A stretch of 33,301 nt of DNA from a virus, in the IMG/VR virus record IMGVR_UViG_3300021476_000002, positions 80,578-113,878 of that record. One strand, given 5' to 3'. Positions 1 to 9,132 of the stretch are shown in pieces (the first letter of the stretch is position 1; every line of letters begins with the position of its first letter). The translations under genes and the position numbers were made by a program. The notes beneath the pieces were generated by a model that was given only the letters and a program-made list of their open reading frames with translations, had not been told where the DNA came from and made no database searches.

Positions 1-1716
1 AAAGGTGCCTTGGTAGACTCTGATGAACTTAAGAAGTATATTCCAGAATTCAACCGTGGCGGTTATGGTGGTTCAGTACACCGTGAATCGTCAGATATGT
101 CTTCCATGGTTATGCAGAATCTTATGCGTGAAGGATACAACGTTGTGCGCCCAACCGTAGGAGATCAGTATGAACGTACCGAAGGGATGTTGGCTTTAGC
201 GAAGGCATATGGATACACGGCGCACGTGGCTTACGTGGATATACCGGAAGAGGAAGCGGCGAAGCGTGCTGTTGAGAGGTTTGCGCGTGAAGGTAGGTTT
301 GTGGACCCGACGTATGTGCTAGACGTAGACGGTAAGCCGAAAGAAGTATACAACAGAATCAAAATGGACCCGAGGTGGGATAGCCATGAAGCATGGGATA
401 ACAACGTCCCCAGAGGACAAAAAGCCCGGCGAATCACCGCAGGAGAACTCGGTGAAGCCCAACGAGTACATCCTGGCGTCGGATTACGAATACGAAACGC
501 AGAGTATCCTGAAGGCTCTGAAGGAGTTAGTAAAGGAAAAGGAACATCCTTTACCAGAGAAGCAGAGAAAGTAAAGGATAAGGGTTATCCTTTACCAAAA
601 GAAACAGGTGTGGTAGAAGCGGCAGAGGAACCCGAAATCCTGCGGTGGATTACTAAGGGTGGTGTGCGGTTCCCGATTATCCAACGTGGCGCTGTGGTTA
701 AGGGTGCTCCGGTTGGGGCGGCGGACACTCGTACTCAACAGAATGATGGGTTTGAGGACTTTAAGAAGTTTGCGGGTGAGCGGAACTCTCAGATTATTTC
801 TAGGTGGTGGTATAACTGGCAGGATAGCAAAATTGCTATGGCCCAGGCACAGTTGGCTCAATGGGCCAACGGTTCGACCGTACACGCAGAGGTGGCGCGT
901 GAAGACATGGACACTTCCGGGAAATCACTGAAGCCGGTGGCGGATTCTATAATGCAGCCGTTTGCTAAGGGACATGATGAATTGACCGCAGATCAGATTC
1001 GAGATCATATCCTGCATGATAAATCTGGTTGGGCAGAAGTGCAGTCTTACGCAGAGAGGTACGGACTAGAAATGAAAGACCTAGATTGGGAGCCTGTTCA
1101 GCAGCAGGGGACTCGAAGGGTGCCTGTGCCAGACCAGGAACACCCAGAGGATGCGTCGAAGGTAACGTGGAAGACTGAGCCTGTGTACGGTGGGGTGCGG
1201 TTTACGATTCCAGGAGATAAAGGCCCGGCTTCGTCAGAGGAGATGCGGGAGGCGTTTGATAAACTATACACTTGGACGCAGAGCAAGTTGCAGGATGCGC
1301 CGGAGGATATGACGTTGTATCGTGGCGTTCATGGGGCGCAGTACGTCAAGATGGTAGAGGCTGCCGACAATGCGGATAAGGAGTATGTATCCCTTCCGCT
1401 GGCTCCTCCAGATTCCATATGGGGCATGGCGGGAGGTAGTGGTAGTGCGGCGTCGTTTTCTTCGAGTAAAGCACGGGCAGAGGGCTTTGACGGATACCGT
1501 GGCGCGTCTCAGGCGGGGACTCAGGTGTACAAGAATCGGCCCGGTATCTTAGTCAAGATTTCTGTTCCCAGGGAGGCTATTATGGTGGCGGCTCCGCGTG
1601 CTAATCCACACCTGTATGGTGCTCATGGTGGCCATGAGCAGGAATACGTTGTCTTGAGCGATCAGGTAGTGCGTGTGAGAACGAAGGATGTTGACATTTC
1701 GGGGGCGGCGGTATGA
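1..1716 (+). CDS. Modular (polyvalent-type) phage protein, 5'-truncated: Zeta-toxin-like P-loop kinase C-terminal part plus C-terminal ADP-ribosyltransferase-like domain
   Basis: Frame is open from base 1 (KGALVDSDELKK). VDSDELKK..VHRESS..GYTAHVAYVDIPEEEAAKRAVERFAREGRFVD fits the Zeta toxin/PezT-like family; the P-loop would lie upstream of the window. The C-terminus has an R-S-E ART layout: TLYRG, SFSSS, EQEY. Linker motif RWITKGGVRFPI. Confidence 0.8.
   Translation, partial: KGALVDSDELKKYIPEFNRGGYGGSVHRESSDMSSMVMQNLMREGYNVVRPTVGDQYERTEGMLALAKAYGYTAHVAYVDIPEEEAAKRAVERFAREGRFVDPTYVLDVDGKPKEVYNRIKMDPRWDSHEAWDNNVPRGQKARRITAGELGEAQRVHPGVGLRIRNAEYPEGSEGVSKGKGTSFTREAEKVKDKGYPLPKETGVVEAAEEPEILRWITKGGVRFPIIQRGAVVKGAPVGAADTRTQQNDGFEDFKKFAGERNSQIISRWWYNWQDSKIAMAQAQLAQWANGSTVHAEVAREDMDTSGKSLKPVADSIMQPFAKGHDELTADQIRDHILHDKSGWAEVQSYAERYGLEMKDLDWEPVQQQGTRRVPVPDQEHPEDASKVTWKTEPVYGGVRFTIPGDKGPASSEEMREAFDKLYTWTQSKLQDAPEDMTLYRGVHGAQYVKMVEAADNADKEYVSLPLAPPDSIWGMAGGSGSAASFSSSKARAEGFDGYRGASQAGTQVYKNRPGILVKISVPREAIMVAAPRANPHLYGAHGGHEQEYVVLSDQVVRVRTKDVDISGAAV
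386..574 (+). CDS. Small ORF nested out of frame at the end of the Zeta-like domain (candidate antitoxin/immunity)
   Basis: GAGGTGG (372-378) lies 7 nt before ATG 386. The product has an amphipathic helix (TQSILKALKELVKEKE), and the host frame reads as an unstructured linker here. Confidence 0.45.
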   Translation: MKHGITTSPEDKKPGESPQENSVKPNEYILASDYEYETQSILKALKELVKEKEHPLPEKQRK

Positions 1717-4700
1717 GCGTAATCCAAAAGTTGCAGGAGAACCCACGCTGGCCGTTCGCGCCAGAGCCGATGCCTGGAGATGCGGTGCTGCCAGCGATTT
1801 CGTCTGTGTGGCTCCCAGGGAATCCGCCTGATGTGGTGCAGGAGGCGAAAGGCGATGCGGAGGAACGTGGTTATCATTGGGTGACAATCGCGGGGCACCC
1901 CGTTAAGATACGCGATAGCGATGGCCAAAACGAAACCGGACAGCCTGGAAGCGAAACCGTACCTGGGGTATTGCATTATGATGAAAATTGGAATCAAAAG
2001 AAAGATTTGATGGGGCGTTTGACTAACTTGGTTGGAACTGTTGCTTTGTATGACCCTAAATCTGGTGCGTTAATGTCGAATTGGTATGCGGGTTTAGACC
2101 ACACCACAATGGTCACTAGGTCTAACATGCCACCGAATACGGAAGATTATTTGTTGCATGTTACGCTTGCGCCGGATACCGAAAAGCCCTACAAGGTTCT
2201 TAATATGCGTGGGCCTGACGAGAACACTACTGATGTTTGGGGTGCGAGGTTTGCAAGGCAGTTGTTGGACGGTGGCGCAGATAAGAAGATGCCAGTTGAA
2301 TTGGTTTCTTACTGGTCATTGGATATGGGAGCAGGGTTTGACCCGTCTCACCCTGGACGGGTAAGTCGTAAAAGAATGTCATTGGGTGAATTGGCTGAGT
2401 ACACAAAGGAATCTATGCGTGAGGTCGTTTCGCCTTCGGATGTAGGCGTTGTGCCAGAGGAGGAATTATTGAGCCGGATAGTGTCTGGGTATCCTGAGAA
2501 TACTCGTGGGTCAGCGGAAGCCCAGGCGGATGAAGGTCATTGGGTGGAGATTGATGGGCACCCCGTAAAGATTGTGGGCGGCCCCACAAGGAAAATACAC
2601 GTGTGGCAGTCTGTCGCTCATGTGGCGGGGAAGACCGGCAAGGAAGATTTCATCGCCGTTTGGGATACCAAAACAGATGAAGTATATGCCCATCATGGGC
2701 CACGTAAGACGGTGCAGCCACCAATGCACGCAGACATTTTGGCGATTGCCGGTGCGCCTCCGGCCACACAAGACCGTTCTTTGTTAGTCATATCCGTGGG
2801 GGCGCGTAAGGGAGCGCCTGATGCGGTTGGCGCGGTGGTGCTGCGAGGGTGGGAACATCTTGGGAAAGACGATAACGAGCGCAATTTGTCGAAATGGGCA
2901 GCGCGGTGGGCGAGGGCGGCTATTGATAACGGTGCGGACCCGAACACTTCCGTGAGGGTCGCATATTTGTCTGGCGGGTCTGTGGGGACAATGAGGCGAG
3001 TCGCCGGGTACTCCAAGGAAGCGGCGGCACAAGAGGCGTACAACCCCGAACAACCGAGAGACCCGCATGGCCGGTGGTGGCACGGGTCGCACGATGGTAC
3101 ATTTGGTCCGAACACTCCGCACGCTATTCATGTTGGTACGCATGAAGCAGCCAAGCAGGCCCTAGAGTCTCGGATTGGTATACCGGCTAAGGGTGAATGG
3201 GATGGTACGAGGGAATACGGAAAGACTTTGATCGCCGGGCAGAAAACCATGAAGGCGAAGGGAATTTTCCCAACCGGGTATAATGCTGGTGGGCCGGGGA
3301 AACCGATTCCGAATCACGATTACCTTCCCACGGACCCAAACGCGCCAGAGCGGGCTACATATGCTCAAGGTAAGCCTGTTCCGCTTGATGCAAAACCTAA
3401 CATTTTCCCGGTGAAGATTGTGGGGTCTATGAACAACTCCACGGATACTCCTTATGAAGACTTTAAGGCAAACGGGTATATGTCGGCGGCGCTAAAGCGT
3501 GGTAATGCTAAGAATGGATATTTCTACAAGAATATATCAGAGGATGAGGGGTCAATATCGGCGGTGGTTCCTTCGCCAGCACATCTGCAACGTCTCGATA
3601 AGGCGAAGGAGGCTTGGGACCCTGAGAGACACCCCAGAGGAGAGCATGGTCATTTTTCTCAGTCAGAAAAGTCGTTTTGGGATGATTGGAAAAGTGGTAC
3701 ACGGAGTAAAGACGCTCATGTAAGAGCGGCTAAGTGGGTACAGGGTAACGACGATAAGGTTTTGGATGCTCTTCACTCCCATACCCAAGAACGATTGAAG
3801 GATTTACCAAACAATATTACACTCCATCGTGGTTTTAACGGTGAGGAATTTTATAAGGCTGTTGATGATGCAAGGGCGCAAGGGAAGGATTATGTGGAAT
3901 TCAAAGTGTCTCCGATTGAGGGTATGACTGATGATAAGCAAATTGCTACCGATTTCGCTAAGGGTAGGTGGCAGGAAGATACGAAAGATAAAGGAATTGT
4001 GATTTCCATTAGCGTACCAAAGGCTTCAGTGTTGGCCGCAGACCGTGTATTGGGGCGTGGTCTTGCAAGTGAGCATGAGTATGCTGTTATCCACGGAAAA
4101 GATATGATACGTGTTCCGTTGGGGAGTGTAGAGAAAACGACAGGTAAGTATTACGATGAGACTGAATCCACGAAGGAGGCTACGCAGTTCGTTGAGCCTG
4201 TTCATTGGGTGACGATAGCAGGGCATAGTTTTCCGATTAAGGGTGCAAGAGGCGAAATGCGTGAGGTGTCGGCTGAAGAGTTTGTTGCCGAGAGGGATAA
4301 GAATAAACGGCTTGGTTATTTGTCTCAGTCGCAGCCAGACGAATTGAAAGGTGGATATCGGTTCTTTTTGAGCGCGGACAAGAAGGTTGGGTTTGGTATT
4401 TCACCTGAAGGGCATGGCGAGAGCCTGTTTAACAATGGTGGCGAGAAGGGCGCGGGCACAAAGGCATTGTTTGAAGGTATTAAACATGGTATGATTACTT
4501 TGGATTGCTTTGACGGCTATCTTCCGTCTTTGTATACGCAGGCGGGGTTCGTTGAGACAGGCCGAATCAAGTTTAACGACCAGTACGCACCGAAGGATTG
4601 GGATTACAAGAAAGACGGCAGGCCAGACGTAGTGTTCATGTCATTTAGGGGGTGGCCTAATGGCCAGCAAGAGCAGTCGCGTGAAAGGGCGGTCTCGAAA

Positions 4701-4805
4701 GAGAACTGGCTCCCGTATAAGCCGGGCGCGAAATACTACAACGACTACGAAACAGCAAAGTCGGACGCCAGAAGAGCAGCAAATCCTCAATATCGTGGAA
4801 CGTGA
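1713..4805 (+). CDS. Modular (polyvalent-type) phage protein: two paralogous unknown domains, ART-PolyVal-like domain, R-S-E ART-like domain, GNAT-like domain
   Basis: 1030 aa with ATGA overlap. Three HWV(T/E)IxGH motifs, plus YNPEQPRDPHGRW and WDPERHPRGEHGHF motifs. Domain signatures: WHGS..HVGT..YKNISEDEGSISAVV; ITLHRG..SEHEY; SLFNNGGEKGAG..LDCFDGYLPSLYTQAGFVETGR. Confidence 0.85.
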   Translation: MSVIQKLQENPRWPFAPEPMPGDAVLPAISSVWLPGNPPDVVQEAKGDAEERGYHWVTIAGHPVKIRDSDGQNETGQPGSETVPGVLHYDENWNQKKDLMGRLTNLVGTVALYDPKSGALMSNWYAGLDHTTMVTRSNMPPNTEDYLLHVTLAPDTEKPYKVLNMRGPDENTTDVWGARFARQLLDGGADKKMPVELVSYWSLDMGAGFDPSHPGRVSRKRMSLGELAEYTKESMREVVSPSDVGVVPEEELLSRIVSGYPENTRGSAEAQADEGHWVEIDGHPVKIVGGPTRKIHVWQSVAHVAGKTGKEDFIAVWDTKTDEVYAHHGPRKTVQPPMHADILAIAGAPPATQDRSLLVISVGARKGAPDAVGAVVLRGWEHLGKDDNERNLSKWAARWARAAIDNGADPNTSVRVAYLSGGSVGTMRRVAGYSKEAAAQEAYNPEQPRDPHGRWWHGSHDGTFGPNTPHAIHVGTHEAAKQALESRIGIPAKGEWDGTREYGKTLIAGQKTMKAKGIFPTGYNAGGPGKPIPNHDYLPTDPNAPERATYAQGKPVPLDAKPNIFPVKIVGSMNNSTDTPYEDFKANGYMSAALKRGNAKNGYFYKNISEDEGSISAVVPSPAHLQRLDKAKEAWDPERHPRGEHGHFSQSEKSFWDDWKSGTRSKDAHVRAAKWVQGNDDKVLDALHSHTQERLKDLPNNITLHRGFNGEEFYKAVDDARAQGKDYVEFKVSPIEGMTDDKQIATDFAKGRWQEDTKDKGIVISISVPKASVLAADRVLGRGLASEHEYAVIHGKDMIRVPLGSVEKTTGKYYDETESTKEATQFVEPVHWVTIAGHSFPIKGARGEMREVSAEEFVAERDKNKRLGYLSQSQPDELKGGYRFFLSADKKVGFGISPEGHGESLFNNGGEKGAGTKALFEGIKHGMITLDCFDGYLPSLYTQAGFVETGRIKFNDQYAPKDWDYKKDGRPDVVFMSFRGWPNGQQEQSRERAVSKENWLPYKPGAKYYNDYETAKSDARRAANPQYRGT

Positions 4806-4878
4806 CCGGGGTAAAGATTACGTAGCAGCGCACGAGAATCTCATCCTCGAACAAGCGCGGCTAATCGGGGACTTATAA
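4660..4878 (+). CDS. Small ORF overlapping the 3' end of the GNAT-bearing gene (candidate partner/immunity peptide)
   Basis: G-rich RBS (AGGGGGTGG) before ATG 4660. The C-terminal half TPEEQQILNIVERDRGKDYVAAHENLILEQARLIGDL is helical and fills the otherwise empty 4806-4878 gap. Confidence 0.55.
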   Translation: MASKSSRVKGRSRKRTGSRISRARNTTTTTKQQSRTPEEQQILNIVERDRGKDYVAAHENLILEQARLIGDL

Positions 4879-4897
4879 AACAAGGAGGTAAAGATCA

Positions 4898-5623
4898 ATG
4901 TGGACTGTGATTAGTCCTCTTGTTATCTTGGGAGTCGTTGCAATCATTGTATTGTGGTTGCTAAACAAATCTCAGGGAGGGACACAAGTGCCAACACCGC
5001 CAGCGCCAACTCCTCCATCACCAGGACAGGGCCAGCACCTAACCCTGGTCGTTCAGACAAAGAATGTGCTGCCCGCCGATGTTGTAGCGTACATTGATGC
5101 TCAGAACGAGCAGTTAAGTGCTGACTTTGATATGCTGTGGAACGTACAGGCGTATATTGACGAGCAGCCGGGCGGGTGGCCTGTTTATCTGATAGACAAT
5201 GCTGACGTTCCGGGAGCATTGGGATACCATGATGTGGACGCTAGTGGTACGCCATACGCTAAGGTGTTCGTTCTTACAAGTCAACAGGGCGGCGTTGCGT
5301 GGCAATCTGTTGCAAGCCATGAGGTTTTGGAGACGATGGCTGACCCGACAATCAATAAGACTGTGACGGGGCCGGATGGATGCCAATGGGACGTGGAGGC
5401 GTGTGACCCGGTTGAGGATGTGTCATATATGGTTAACGGAGTGCCAATGTCAGACTTCGTTGACCCTGCATGGTTTCAGGCGGGCAGTAAGGGGCCGTGG
5501 GACTTTCAGCAGGAGTTGTCTGCGCCGTTTACAATTACAAGCGGCGGTTATGCCATGAAGACGTGTAACGGTCAGCCGGTGCAGATTGGTGGCCAGTGGA
5601 GGGCACGGCACGGCGCACCGTAA
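4898..5623 (+). CDS. Membrane-anchored protein with putative metallopeptidase-like domain (HExxE)
   Basis: AAGGAGGT RBS. N-terminal TM helix, Pro-rich linker, then GALGYHD, ASHEVLETMADP and EACDPVE motifs. Confidence 0.7.
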   Translation: MWTVISPLVILGVVAIIVLWLLNKSQGGTQVPTPPAPTPPSPGQGQHLTLVVQTKNVLPADVVAYIDAQNEQLSADFDMLWNVQAYIDEQPGGWPVYLIDNADVPGALGYHDVDASGTPYAKVFVLTSQQGGVAWQSVASHEVLETMADPTINKTVTGPDGCQWDVEACDPVEDVSYMVNGVPMSDFVDPAWFQAGSKGPWDFQQELSAPFTITSGGYAMKTCNGQPVQIGGQWRARHGAP

Positions 5624-5654
5624 TGGAATAAGGATAATTTGCTCTGCGCCCAAA

Positions 5655-5688
5655 GGAGTCATGCTTCCCAGGTGGCTTCTTTTATTTT
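5655..5688 (+). terminator. Probable intrinsic terminator
   Basis: GGAGTCAT/GTGGCTTC stem (several G-U pairs) followed by TTTTATTTT, downstream of the 5623 stop. Confidence 0.5.
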
Positions 5689-5699
5689 GTGTGAATCGT

Positions 5700-5751
5700 T
5701 TGTCGAACGATCTAGCCGAAATACTATACAATGTCATTGTGCGGTGACATT
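5700..5751 (+). promoter_or_regulatory. Possible sigma70-type promoter with adjacent inverted repeat
   Basis: TTGTCG-N16-TACTAT (5700-5727), then AATGTCA-N8-TGACATT (5730-5751), in an intergenic gap after a terminator. Confidence 0.35.
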
Positions 5752-5813
5752 CAAGAAAGTCTACGAACGGTGACTTGGGAAAGATTAAATCGGGGAGAGA
5801 AAGCGGGTCCCCG

Positions 5814-6038
5814 ATGGACACTTGGGAGGAAGTTTTTGAAGAAGCGCAACGACAGTCTCCTCTCCCCGAAATGGTAGAGGCGGACCCTCTCTGGAACACG
5901 CCTGTTGAAATCAAGAATGTTGAGCCGCGTAAGGTAGTTTATGCGGTATGGAAATGGGAAGGCCGTTGGTTGCTTCGTTGTTATCTTACGTTGCCGCACG
6001 GAGCATTAGAGGAATTTTTGCAAACGGTGAAGAAATAA
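5814..6038 (+). CDS. Hypothetical protein
   Basis: ORF in gene-dense context; start uncertain (5775 TTG or 5814 ATG). Confidence 0.6.
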   Translation: MDTWEEVFEEAQRQSPLPEMVEADPLWNTPVEIKNVEPRKVVYAVWKWEGRWLLRCYLTLPHGALEEFLQTVKK

Positions 6039-6043
6039 AATAT

Positions 6044-6343
6044 ATGCCAGGGTTAGTGCCAGAGCCTCCTAAGCACGACATTCCTGTTAAGGTCGCAGAG
6101 ATGTACGAACGAGCAGGGCACAAAGAGGCAATGGACCGTAAGTGGAAGTATATCGGGAAGGCTAATCCTGAAGTGAAGGTGATGTTTGCGATTTGTTGCG
6201 ATGCTGTGCGCGTTCAATGTACTCCATCATTCCATCGAAAGGGTGGCACCCCATTTCTTTTGTTTGTCGGTCAATGCCCAAAATGTAGAGATTTTTTCTG
6301 GTTTTGTCAGGACCCGGAAGGGTTAGCAAAGGCAATGAGATGA
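6044..6343 (+). CDS. Hypothetical Cys-rich (zinc-binding) protein
   Basis: ICCD..GQCPKC motifs; start placed after the upstream stop. Confidence 0.6.
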   Translation: MPGLVPEPPKHDIPVKVAEMYERAGHKEAMDRKWKYIGKANPEVKVMFAICCDAVRVQCTPSFHRKGGTPFLLFVGQCPKCRDFFWFCQDPEGLAKAMR

Positions 6344-6361
6344 AAAATGGGAGGGAGAGAA

Positions 6362-6778
6362 ATGAGAGTAGCGTTGGCAATGGTGACAATGGTTTTGCTT
6401 GCGTCAGTAGTTATGGCTGCGCCGCAGGTAAAGATTGGAGACCCTATCTTAAACCTGTTGACTGGTCTGCATCAAGTAGATACGCTTCCAGAGAGCGCGG
6501 ACGCCTGTGGTCCGCAGTACACCAACATGACCGTATTGAAGGAAGCGTGGGCGCTACCTCAGTACAATGACTCTGAACATTCTAGCGCAATGACCTTCAG
6601 GGTAATGGGTGAGGCGTATCCGTTTGCGGTTGCAATATTTGACCCGAATGCTCAAGGCCCAATTGCTGTGTACTTTGCATTTAACCACACAGGGACCGTG
6701 ACTGATATATATACCGGCGATAACATCGTGAACGCTCCAAACCCTTGTGAGGCAATGGGAAAGCAGTTAGGCCGCTAG
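6362..6778 (+). CDS. Secreted hypothetical protein
   Basis: GGGAGGG RBS; signal peptide MRVALAMVTMVLLASVVMA-A; two Cys. Confidence 0.7.
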   Translation: MRVALAMVTMVLLASVVMAAPQVKIGDPILNLLTGLHQVDTLPESADACGPQYTNMTVLKEAWALPQYNDSEHSSAMTFRVMGEAYPFAVAIFDPNAQGPIAVYFAFNHTGTVTDIYTGDNIVNAPNPCEAMGKQLGR

Positions 6779-6817
6779 GGAAAGAATAACGGTGGTGGGG
6801 GTTATCTCTAGGAGTCC

Positions 6818-8992
6818 ATGGTGGCAGATCAGTACGAAATTGTAGACCCTATGCGGGACTTGCATCCCGAATTGGCTGCCCGTCTCAAAGAGGGCAAGGC
6901 TACTATTACACCAAATTCATTCGCCACGATTGAGACTAAACTGACTCAATGGTTAAACTATGACCCTGACGAAGACTTTGAAAAATCAATCGCGCCAAAA
7001 GAAATAAAGGTCAACCTTGAGGACCCAGAAGTTCAGGTAGACGCGGTTCTTGTTGAGATAAGAGCGCGTGACGGTGCTGTTCGCCAGCGGCGGTATCGCA
7101 CTAAGGAAGCGTTGTTTGATCGTTTTGATTCTCTTACAAGGAAGATGGATAAACTGCGCGAGTCGCTTCCTCGCAGGTCGCACCTTCGAGAAGAGTTCGA
7201 TGCAGACGACTTCTTTGGGGTGGGCGGTGCGTATGGGGTCGGCGCACTCTCTGTAGTCAATCAATCCCTCCAGACAGTCTCACCTATTGGCGGATGGATG
7301 AATAACGAATACATCCCCATGATGGTTGGGCCGTTCACCCGGCAATTGTACTTGTATGATTTGTTGGACATGCACCGAAGAGTGTATCAGCAATGGACTC
7401 ACAATCCAATTGCGAAACAGATTGTCAACATTATGACAACCTTTGTGATTGGCAAGGGCGTGACCGGAACCTGTAAAGATCAGGAAGCCCAGGATATATG
7501 GGACCAGTTTGTTAGGGATAATGAATTGAATCGCAATCTTAAAACGTGGTCCGATGAGTTGTCAATTTTTGGTGAGATCATGCTGTGGCGGCAGCGCAGC
7601 AATGAATTGAATGGACGCTTAAAGGTCAAGTCTATGGACCCCGCAACCTGTTGGGAAATTATCACGGAGCCTGACGATATCGAGAAGGTCTATGCGTATC
7701 ATTTTCAGTTCCCAACTCAATATCAAATTTACACTACAAAGAGACCAGATGGGACTGAGGTTCCATACACTAAATACATCATTCGTCAGATTCCAGCGGG
7801 CGAGATTTTGCACGCGAAGATAAACGTAACGTCCGGGGAGAAGCGCGGACGGTCTGATCTGTTCTCAGTGATTGCGTGGTTGAAGCGGGTGAATGACTTC
7901 TACAACAGCCAAGTCATTCGTTCGCAGATGAGCGCGGCGTTGGTGTGGGACGATACAGTAAAGGGAAGTGACCAGGATGTTCAGAGATACTCCGCTATGC
8001 TTCAGAATCTTGCCCCATCAGCGGGCGAAGTCTTTATCCACAACCAAGCCGTTGAGCGAAAGTTGTTGGCAGCCACAGGTCGTGGTCCCGCCATGGACCC
8101 AATCGGAGACGCTCTACTTAATATCATCGGAGCAGGCTGCGGCATTCCTAAAGAATATCTTGGAGTTAGCACGCATGGTGCAAGAGCAACTGCGTTAGTC
8201 TCTACGGAACCGGCTGCGCGGCGCTTTGAAGATCGTCAAGCGGTGATTGAATGGCTCCTGACTAGACTCGCACATTCTGCGTTTGCTGCGGCGGGTTTGC
8301 CTCGATCAAAGTGGGATATTGAATACACGTTCCCGAGTATTGCGACGGAAGACCGGTCAAGCAAACTCAAGGACTTGGCTCTGTCGGAGTCAATGGGGTG
8401 GATTTCCCACCAGACGGCTTCAAGCGTGGCGGGCAAGGAATTGCTCATCACGACATATGATTACGAAGAGGAAATGGACATCATCGAGCAGGAAATTGGC
8501 CACGACCCCGAGAAGGTCACGAGCCAACAGTTTGCCATGATCTTGAAGTTGCAACCCGCAAAGGGTGGTGGATTCCCGCCACCAGACGGCGGTGGTGGTG
8601 TTGGTGGTCCTGGTGGTGGCGGGGCACAGTCAGCCGTTGGTGGTGGTATTGTAGAGAAGGGCCAGAACCCCATGACGGTTACAGGCTCAGCGGGGCTACG
8701 GCGTGACTTGGGCAGGAAGGAATCGCGGCGCGGCAAGCCTGTACACGTAAGGGAGCACTACTCTAAGGCGCGGAGAATAGCAGAGGCAATTGACGCAAAA
8801 GGTGCGGAGAATGAGGGAGTTAAGCAAGAGCGACTCATGGAGGTTGTTCACCCGCGCCCAGGATACAGGTCAAAGCATGGCAAGCAGGTAGAAGCGGCTA
8901 TTGGCAGCGCCAAGACCGCGTTGGATAGATTGGCTAGTAAAGCCGCAAAGGCTACACTCCCAAAAGCGGAAGGCCCTCGCAGGCCGCAGTAG
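6818..8992 (+). CDS. Phage portal protein with N- and C-terminal extensions
   Basis: AGGAG RBS. HNPIAKQIVNIMTTFVIGKGV, DELSIFGEIML, HAKINVTSGEKRGRSDL, GCGIPKEYLG and IEYTFPSI follow the portal-family layout. Gly/Pro-rich tail; adjacent MuF-like domain. Confidence 0.88.
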   Translation: MVADQYEIVDPMRDLHPELAARLKEGKATITPNSFATIETKLTQWLNYDPDEDFEKSIAPKEIKVNLEDPEVQVDAVLVEIRARDGAVRQRRYRTKEALFDRFDSLTRKMDKLRESLPRRSHLREEFDADDFFGVGGAYGVGALSVVNQSLQTVSPIGGWMNNEYIPMMVGPFTRQLYLYDLLDMHRRVYQQWTHNPIAKQIVNIMTTFVIGKGVTGTCKDQEAQDIWDQFVRDNELNRNLKTWSDELSIFGEIMLWRQRSNELNGRLKVKSMDPATCWEIITEPDDIEKVYAYHFQFPTQYQIYTTKRPDGTEVPYTKYIIRQIPAGEILHAKINVTSGEKRGRSDLFSVIAWLKRVNDFYNSQVIRSQMSAALVWDDTVKGSDQDVQRYSAMLQNLAPSAGEVFIHNQAVERKLLAATGRGPAMDPIGDALLNIIGAGCGIPKEYLGVSTHGARATALVSTEPAARRFEDRQAVIEWLLTRLAHSAFAAAGLPRSKWDIEYTFPSIATEDRSSKLKDLALSESMGWISHQTASSVAGKELLITTYDYEEEMDIIEQEIGHDPEKVTSQQFAMILKLQPAKGGGFPPPDGGGGVGGPGGGGAQSAVGGGIVEKGQNPMTVTGSAGLRRDLGRKESRRGKPVHVREHYSKARRIAEAIDAKGAENEGVKQERLMEVVHPRPGYRSKHGKQVEAAIGSAKTALDRLASKAAKATLPKAEGPRRPQ
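8959..8965 (+). other. Candidate -1 ribosomal frameshift site (C CCA AAA) joining portal to the MuF-like ORF
   Basis: X XXY YYZ heptamer in the portal frame, inside the only 50-nt overlap (8941-8992) where the -1 frame is open through to 9657. Confidence 0.5.
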
Positions 8993-9132
8993 TTAGTTTC
9001 GGCAGGGCGATAGAGCATAGCGCGACGGACGTACTTGCGCGGTACGGGGCGAAGTGCTATGCTGTAGGGGTTAGCAAGGCGCGGGAGTATCTGACCGGCA
9101 AAGGCTTAGGGGCTATTAAAGAATCTCAGGTC

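Noticed and set aside
5701-5707. Spo0A box TGTCGAA
   Set aside because: The same 7-mer occurs several times inside coding regions and the host is unknown.
8574-8650. ggt-rich repeat as a regulatory or G-quadruplex element
   Set aside because: Explained by the Gly-rich linker in the portal C-terminal tail.
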